DNA of 64,000 nucleotides from Candidatus Aegiribacteria sp. (GTDB lineage Bacteria > Fermentibacterota > Fermentibacteria > Fermentibacterales > JCC-6): NCBI GenBank assembly GCA_046498225.1, contig JAWOBF010000043.1, forward strand, positions 28,636-92,635, read 5' to 3'. Shown piece after piece: positions 59,701 to 64,000 of the stretch. Position numbers and translations under genes: made by a program. How positions within the stretch are numbered: the first letter of the stretch is position 1; each line of letters opens with the position of its first letter. A model generated the notes under the pieces. The model saw nothing but the letters and a program-made list of their open reading frames with translations, searched no databases and was not told the DNA's origin.

Positions 59701-59901
59701 AGGCTGGAATCGTACCTGGAGGGATGGGACAAATGCCTGTCGGAGATAAACTTCATAAGGACGGGCATGAGAACTGAGAGCATACTGGACATCCACATCA
59801 TCACCGACCGCGACATCGAGGAGAGGCAGTCCTACGCCGTCAAGATAGGAGCGGTAAGCGACGCGGCCCGCCCGCTGGAGATGGGCGGCGGCGGGAGTTA
59901 G
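56704..59901 (+). CDS. PPDK_N domain protein with N-terminal sensor-like region and C-terminal nucleotidyltransferase domain
   Basis: LRERAKELNCLY N-region; GGKGAGL, VRSSSLLED, DIEFA, ILQCR, GRWGS, SFGTHFF; C-terminal IYLFGS..SDIDLLV. Confidence 0.88.
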   Translation: MTDKVSESHQLLTSLRERAKELNCLYMVDEILMTDQPLGRRLQMVAEAMPQGWYSPQNCEARIVYMGREYSSEGYVQGGPMLSEDLVINGSEVGSISVTYPDSVPETEKGEVFLKEEKRLLRTLARRIGHTILHDSLSQMFEEDRVDPGDWQSGTESWRTILDMLLITDRKLYQTLSRRLLNYLSFIGISDATALLNRWAGQSSMGASDLDHQGINQPIPRHQFEVSYDLVQEILAIAGRELSGDQILSLLQRWIGENRIEHLINVLDDHASSLTDIIQAMETHHGVVSDEESLSGPVVNALKVSLIRRFVSRRLDYISRMKESVSIDDFYRLTRSLVLPSRSHGQLGGKGAGLFMAEKILSQQTGQDDPLSAIRTPATWYISSDGILDFVHHNRLEELLEYRYRYLGEIRLEYPNLIQLFKNCAFSPEMKRGLSVTLDSMGDAPLIVRSSSLLEDSIEAAFSGKYKSLFLANQGTKNEKLEALMDAIAEVYASMFGPDAIEYRKERNLLDFQEEMGILIQQVVGTRMGKYYMPSFSGVAFSRNEFRWSSRISRRDGLVRMVPGLGTRAVDRLGDDYPVLAAPGKPGLKVNTSVDETIRYAPRYMDVINLEERKIETVKVEDIITEYGPEYPQVEKIFSTHRDGMISRANRFTDFRKEYVIPTFDGLLGSGSDFLATMRRMMEVLEQGCGYPVDIEFASDGESLYILQCRAQSSWEQCDEVHLKEKPEPEDILFTAERYVSDGYIPRITHIVYVDPEGYDSLEDKDQLVEVGKAVGRLNSMLQKRSFILMGPGRWGSRGDIKLGVQVTYSDINNTAALIEMAFQKGSYVPDLSFGTHFFQDLVEAGIRYLPLYPDDSGVTFNRDFFQNSDNVLSQLLPDCGHLADVVRVIDVRASAGGRVARMVMSGDEREAIAFFAPEEGDLEDRSRMPRGRRNLDADSDEHWLWRQRMAESLAAGVDPEKYGVKGIYLFGSTKNATAGNRSDIDLLVHSNGDRSKRGRLESYLEGWDKCLSEINFIRTGMRTESILDIHIITDRDIEERQSYAVKIGAVSDAARPLEMGGGGS

Positions 59902-59957
59902 GCCGGCCTGGAACAGCAATTGACAGCGTTCTTCGCTTCCGTGAAGGACCCGCGTTT

Positions 59958-60299
59958 TCACCCATTTTCACCGATCTCGGGCATTACATACTGTTTACCC
60001 TCCCTGTCCCAGCAGGTATCGGTAATCAGCGCGTGAACGTGGGGGTTCCAGTTGGCCATGCCTCCGAAGGTCTGGGGCACGAGGATGTCCATCGCCCTCT
60101 GCAGGAGCTCCGGGGCGTCCGCCGCCGTCGAGCTCCCTGTCTGCTGGCCGTATTTGGGGTAAAGGCAGGATGGGTTCGGGCGGGAACGCAGCGACCGGAC
60201 ACGCCGGAGTTTCTCTGATTCTTCGCTGTCAGGCCGCCCTTGCGGGAGGTGAGCCGCAGCTGCTGTCCGCATGCACGGCTGTGCTGCGCAGCCTGACAA
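59958..60299 (-). pseudogene. Decayed IS91-family (HUH/Y2) transposase remnant
   Basis: QTFGGMANWNPHVHALITD HUH motif; CLYPKYGQ as a decayed CLCPxCGQ; far shorter than a full transposase. Confidence 0.72.
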
Positions 60300-60318
60300 A
60301 TCCCAGGCGCACTCGGGT

Positions 60319-61701
60319 CTATGTCTGCCCGAGAAGGCGGCCTATCTGTCCCACCATGTACAACGGAAGGGACAGAAGGTCGAAAGATATTTCCCTGGAG
60401 CCGGTTCCGGTGCCGATCCTGTGCTGGACCCGCTGCAGGGATGGCGGGTTCATGTCCAGCCGGACCGCTGCCGGAGACCCCTTCTCCATGACGAACCGCA
60501 GAAGGGACTTCATGCTTCCGGACGCTCCGGCCTTGACCTCCAGGGGAACCACTCCCCGGGGTCCTTCCAGCAGGAAATCCACCTCGGCGTTACCGGACCG
60601 TCCTTCCCTAAGCCAGTAGTAGAGCGCAGGGCGTTCCCAGGAAGGTCCCCTGAACAGCAGATGCTGGGCTACGAATTGCTCCGCCAGGCGCCCGGAGTTG
60701 ATGAACTCCCGGCTGTGGAGCATTTGCGGATCGATCTTCTGGACACGCGTGGCGGCAGCGGTCAGCCCCACGTCCAGGAAGTAGAGCTTGTACACGCGGG
60801 GCCTGGCCTCCGAACCCAGTGGAAGCCCGTTTCCATGGGAGTGCACCGCCGGCGAGACTACCCGGGCGTCGGTCAGGTACTCGATGGCCCGGCGGACCTT
60901 GCCCGCTCGGCTGTCGGGGGAGATATGGCTGTAGATTACCTTGTCGCCCGCCCTCGCCGGCACCCAGTCGAAAATCCTTCGAAGCAGCGATAGGTCGGTT
61001 CTGGAGGCGTACTTCGCGAAGTCGTCCCGGTAGGTATTCATGATCGATGCCTGCAGCCTTGCCACTTCCCCGGCGCTGCCCGTCTCCAGCCAGGACTCGG
61101 TCACCTCGGGCATCCCTCCCACCACCAGGAACCGCCTCAGAGCAGCGCAGAGGTGCCTGTGTGCGGCGGAAGGGAAGGACTGCCCCGGTGCCCATTCCCG
61201 TATGAGCTGGAGTTCCATCCCCAGATCCCCGGCACCCTCCATGTACTCCTCCAGCGAAAGCGGGCCCATGAAGAGGTACTGCATCCGTCCCACGGGGACC
61301 GGGGTATCGCTCTCGCGGAGCTCGGCGTCAAGAAGGGAGCCCGCAGCCACCCATCGCATGCCCGGGCAGTCTTCGGCCAGGTAGCGCAGGGCCGGCAGGG
61401 CGGAAGGTGCTGCCTGCACCTCATCCAGGAACACGATGTCACCATCATTCGGAGATCTGCCGGCGGTGAAGCCTATCTCCTCGAGCATACGCCCGGTGTC
61501 GCCCCCGGCGAAGACCTTCTCCAGGTCGGGGTGCCTCTCCAGGTTCAGCTCGCACAGCCCGGTCTCTCCCCCCCGGACCGATGGCAGACTGCGTATGGCC
61601 GTGGTCTTGCCCACCTGACGGGCGCCCCTAAGCACGAGGCACTTCGGTCTGCGCGAGGCCAGCCACTCCTCGATCTCGTCGAAAACATACCTATATATCA
61701 T
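60319..61701 (-). CDS. AAA_14 ATPase with DUF4143 and C-terminal PD-(D/E)xK-like motif
   Basis: GARQVGKT, FLDEVQ, AAGS, PVGR, GGMPE, KLYFLDVGL, AEVDF...PLEVKAG. Confidence 0.92.
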   Translation of the reverse strand: MIYRYVFDEIEEWLASRRPKCLVLRGARQVGKTTAIRSLPSVRGGETGLCELNLERHPDLEKVFAGGDTGRMLEEIGFTAGRSPNDGDIVFLDEVQAAPSALPALRYLAEDCPGMRWVAAGSLLDAELRESDTPVPVGRMQYLFMGPLSLEEYMEGAGDLGMELQLIREWAPGQSFPSAAHRHLCAALRRFLVVGGMPEVTESWLETGSAGEVARLQASIMNTYRDDFAKYASRTDLSLLRRIFDWVPARAGDKVIYSHISPDSRAGKVRRAIEYLTDARVVSPAVHSHGNGLPLGSEARPRVYKLYFLDVGLTAAATRVQKIDPQMLHSREFINSGRLAEQFVAQHLLFRGPSWERPALYYWLREGRSGNAEVDFLLEGPRGVVPLEVKAGASGSMKSLLRFVMEKGSPAAVRLDMNPPSLQRVQHRIGTGTGSREISFDLLSLPLYMVGQIGRLLGQT

Positions 61702-61762
61702 CGCATCATCCGTTCAAACATACCCCTATTTCGTCAATAAGATTGTTGAAACATACCCGTAT
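61683..61762. repeat. Three direct repeats AAACATACCnnTAT at exact 33-bp period
   Basis: Cores start at 61683, 61716 and 61749. Confidence 0.85.
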
Positions 61763-61937
61763 GTCAACATAAGGCTACGGCGACGGGCACACTACGGCCG
61801 CTGCAGGCGTTCCGGCAGGTCTTGCTGCCCGGATCCGCCGAAGCAGCCGGCGGTGGTGAAAAGCGCCGGCCGGCTGCACTTGCGCGGCCGACCGGTCTGT
61901 GGGCATGTTGCAGGGGCTTCAACGGAGGTGGAGGCGC

Positions 61938-63167
61938 ATGCTCGACCCCAGGCAGTTCTTCCGTTTCGCCGCGGAAAGCTACGACCTGCTGCGCGATCTG
62001 TACTACCGCACCGGGGGGGTAAGCGACGGCAGGCTGCGGGAGATGGTGGCCGCCCGCCGGCGGGAGGGCGATTCCTCCGTGGACACGCAGGTGGCCAACC
62101 TCCAGCGGCTGCGCATGATCGAGGCCTCACCGGGCACCGAGGCCCGCTGGGAGCTCACCCACCAGGTCCGGTCGCTCATGCGCTTCCTGCTGCGGGAGCA
62201 CCGGCTCACCTCCGTACGGGTGATCCAGGGCTACCTGGACTCCCTGGAGGACGCCCGCACCGGGCTCGCCGACGCGGTGTCCGACGGAGACGGCGACGCG
62301 GCGGTCCGGGCCGTCTCCGAGGTGACCGAGACGGTGGAGCGGCTTCGCCAGGACTCCTCGGCCAACCGGGAGGCCATATTCCTGGAGGTGATGAAGATCC
62401 GGTCCAACCGCGAGCGGCTGCCTGCGGTGCGGCGCTTCGAGCGGATAAACAGGCTGTGGTCGGGCTACATGGAGCCCATGCGCGACCTGGTGGACGTCCG
62501 CAAGAGCATGGAGTCCGAGCTGGACGCCGCTGACCGCGCCCTGCACGCCGCTGGCCTGCGCTTCGCCTCCCGGAGCGCCGTGGCCTCCGCCCTCGACGGC
62601 TGCCGGGCCAGGCTGCTGCGGATGCGCCGGGAGGTGGCCTCGGACTTCCACGAGTCGCTGCGGGAGGTGGAGCCGCTCTACGAGAGCCTTCGGGCCGAGA
62701 GCCAGCTGGCGCGGGGGGCGTCGGAGGCGCTGAGGCTGGCCGACCGCAGGGGGATGGGCTTCCTCGACCCCGCGGGAATGCTGCGGCTGCCGGTGTGGCG
62801 CACCGAGGGGCTGCTGGCCGACGGGCAGATGGAGGCCGTTCTTCACCGGCTCTCCGGGTACACGCCCGAGCGGCCGCCGGTGGTGGTGGGCGAGGCGGCC
62901 GAGCCTCCCCCGCAGCGGCTGTGGGACATCGATGAGGTGGCCGCCCTGCTTCGGGAGGAGCTTCCGGTGGACGACCTGCTGGCCTGGCTGGCCGGGACCT
63001 GCGGGGGCTGCGGCGCCGCGGAGCTGCTGCGGCTGTACGGGCATGTGTACGCCTTCCCCCCGGTGCGGACGGAGTTCGCCGCGGAGCCCGCGAAGATGGA
63101 CCTGGACGGGGTGGGCGTGGAGTACACGCCACTGAGGCTGAGGGGAAGCGACCATGAAGCCGTCTGA
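61938..63167 (+). CDS. MksF/JetA-like (MukF-type kleisin) condensin subunit
   Basis: GGAGG before ATG 61938; helical protein MLDPRQFFRFAAESY...; first of three overlapping genes ending in an SMC-like ATPase. Confidence 0.7.
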   Translation: MLDPRQFFRFAAESYDLLRDLYYRTGGVSDGRLREMVAARRREGDSSVDTQVANLQRLRMIEASPGTEARWELTHQVRSLMRFLLREHRLTSVRVIQGYLDSLEDARTGLADAVSDGDGDAAVRAVSEVTETVERLRQDSSANREAIFLEVMKIRSNRERLPAVRRFERINRLWSGYMEPMRDLVDVRKSMESELDAADRALHAAGLRFASRSAVASALDGCRARLLRMRREVASDFHESLREVEPLYESLRAESQLARGASEALRLADRRGMGFLDPAGMLRLPVWRTEGLLADGQMEAVLHRLSGYTPERPPVVVGEAAEPPPQRLWDIDEVAALLREELPVDDLLAWLAGTCGGCGAAELLRLYGHVYAFPPVRTEFAAEPAKMDLDGVGVEYTPLRLRGSDHEAV

Positions 63168-63678
63168 GATACCCATGCTGGAGGAGGTCTTCGAGCGGCT
63201 TCGCCGGGGGGAGCACATCTGCCCCGAGGACGGCGAGGTCTACCGGGCGCTGGACTCCCACGCGGAGGAGCTTGAGGAGCTGTTCGGGGCGCTGGGCTTC
63301 CGGCTGGTCCGCCACCGTGCCGACTTCTTCCACTTCACCGCCCCCGAGCGTTTCAGCCCCACCGGGGCGCGGGTGGCCGTGTTCGCCTTCATACTGGTGG
63401 AGTGGCTGGCCGGCAGGGGCGAGACGGTGGAGCGGGCGGTGATGGAGGAGCCGTTCGCGGTGGAGGACCTGCCGCACCTGGAGAGCCGGCGCTACCGGCG
63501 CTTCATGGCGGATGTGGACGTAGCCGACGCTTCCGGCATGGACAACCTGTTGCGGCAGCTGGAGAGGCTGGGCTTCGTACGGTTCGTCTCTGACGGGGTT
63601 CTGAGGTTCCGCAGACCCGCCTACCGTCTGCTGGACCTCTGCGCCGAGGTGGCCAGACGGAGCGGGGGCGGGGAATGA
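63154..63678 (+). CDS. MksE/JetB-like (MukE-type) condensin subunit
   Basis: VFERLRRGEHI...LFGALGFRL...FFHF...LERLGF...FRRP resembles Pseudomonas-type MksE as recalled; position in operon. Confidence 0.75.
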   Translation: MKPSEIPMLEEVFERLRRGEHICPEDGEVYRALDSHAEELEELFGALGFRLVRHRADFFHFTAPERFSPTGARVAVFAFILVEWLAGRGETVERAVMEEPFAVEDLPHLESRRYRRFMADVDVADASGMDNLLRQLERLGFVRFVSDGVLRFRRPAYRLLDLCAEVARRSGGGE

Positions 63679-64000
63679 CCGCGGCGGGACCCTCGCGGCT
63701 GGTGCTGATCAACTCCGGCAAGTTCGACTACGGCGAGGTGGACCTGGGCGGCCCCCTGCACCTGGTGGGGCCGAACAACGTGGGCAAGACCACCCTGATA
63801 GCCACCCTGCAGTTCCTCTACATCGACGGCCAGCGGCACATGCACTTCTCCCGCCCGATTGGCGAGACCCGCCGCTACTACTTCCCCGGCCGGGACAGTT
63901 ACGTCCTCTTCGAATGCCTTACCCCCCGCGGGCTGATGGTGGTGGGCGCGCAGGGCCTGGGCCCCCTGAAGAACTACGAGTTCAGGCGCTTCGTCTACAG
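63675..64000 (+). CDS. MksB/JetC-like SMC-family ATPase (5' part, truncated by window)
   Basis: Absent from ORF track; ATGA overlap; MTAAGPSRLVLINSGKFDYGEVDL..LHLVGPNNVGKTTLIATLQFLY...YYFP..SYVLFE; open to window end. Confidence 0.8.
   Translation, partial: MTAAGPSRLVLINSGKFDYGEVDLGGPLHLVGPNNVGKTTLIATLQFLYIDGQRHMHFSRPIGETRRYYFPGRDSYVLFECLTPRGLMVVGAQGLGPLKNYEFRRFVY

Larger units (their letters stand above)
59950..64000. mobile_element. Probable horizontally acquired / defence-type island (left part)
   Basis: Transposase remnant at the junction, DUF4143 ATPase, visible GC rise and AGG-to-CGG/CGC codon switch after about 61790. Confidence 0.55.

Noticed and set aside
55019..59901. Annotation as ppsA/ppdK
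   Set aside because: No PEP/pyruvate TIM barrel or canonical TSHAA motif, so no gene symbol was given
57313..59961. Minus-strand ORFs of 518 and 234 aa
   Set aside because: Shadows of the PPDK_N-NTase gene
61679..61774. 33-bp periodic repeats as a mini CRISPR array
   Set aside because: Conserved core only 9-18 nt, period too short, first copy is coding, no cas genes in the window
62127..63477. Minus-strand ORFs of 363 and 423 aa
   Set aside because: Pro/Arg/Ala-rich or motif-free shadows of the mks-like genes in very high-GC DNA

Overview
Mostly a densely packed, minus-strand housekeeping region of a moderately GC-rich, diderm, probably anaerobic bacterium. The Tol-Pal operon, outer-membrane barrels, T9SS/FlgD-Ig-like C-terminal domains and heavy AGG/ATA codon use suggest an FCB-group lineage, possibly Fermentibacterota; that placement is inference only. 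Core blocks: tolQRAB-pal-cpoB; tRNA-Leu-tig-clpP-clpX-engB-purA-tatD/rSAM-rsmA; rmlD-gmhA-flippase; CDP-alcohol phosphatidyltransferase-ino1-tmk-ctp-pgm-yceD-rpmF-plsX-fabH-fabG-acpP-fabF-rnc running into acyl-CoA dehydrogenase-etfB-etfA(Fd); a P-type ATPase; tRNA-Ser; pyrE; an S8 protease. Standouts: (1) a six-gene envelope cluster at 28-36.5 kb that reads as an extracellular DNA/nucleotide capture system (OB-fold protein with sorting domain, PorV/PorP-like barrel, ComEA-HhH barrel, second barrel, 5'-nucleotidase, UgpB-like binding protein); (2) a coupled pair of dikinase-like PPDK_N proteins lacking a pyruvate barrel, one fused to a nucleotidyltransferase; (3) a P-type ATPase with a rewired ion site (PQAL for PEGL); (4) an acquired right end with a decayed IS91-like transposase, a DUF4143 ATPase with a 33-bp phased repeat at its start, and a high-GC MksFEB/Wadjet-like condensin operon cut by the window edge; (5) three genes that appear to start at CTG. 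All calls come from motif reading by eye; no searches were run.
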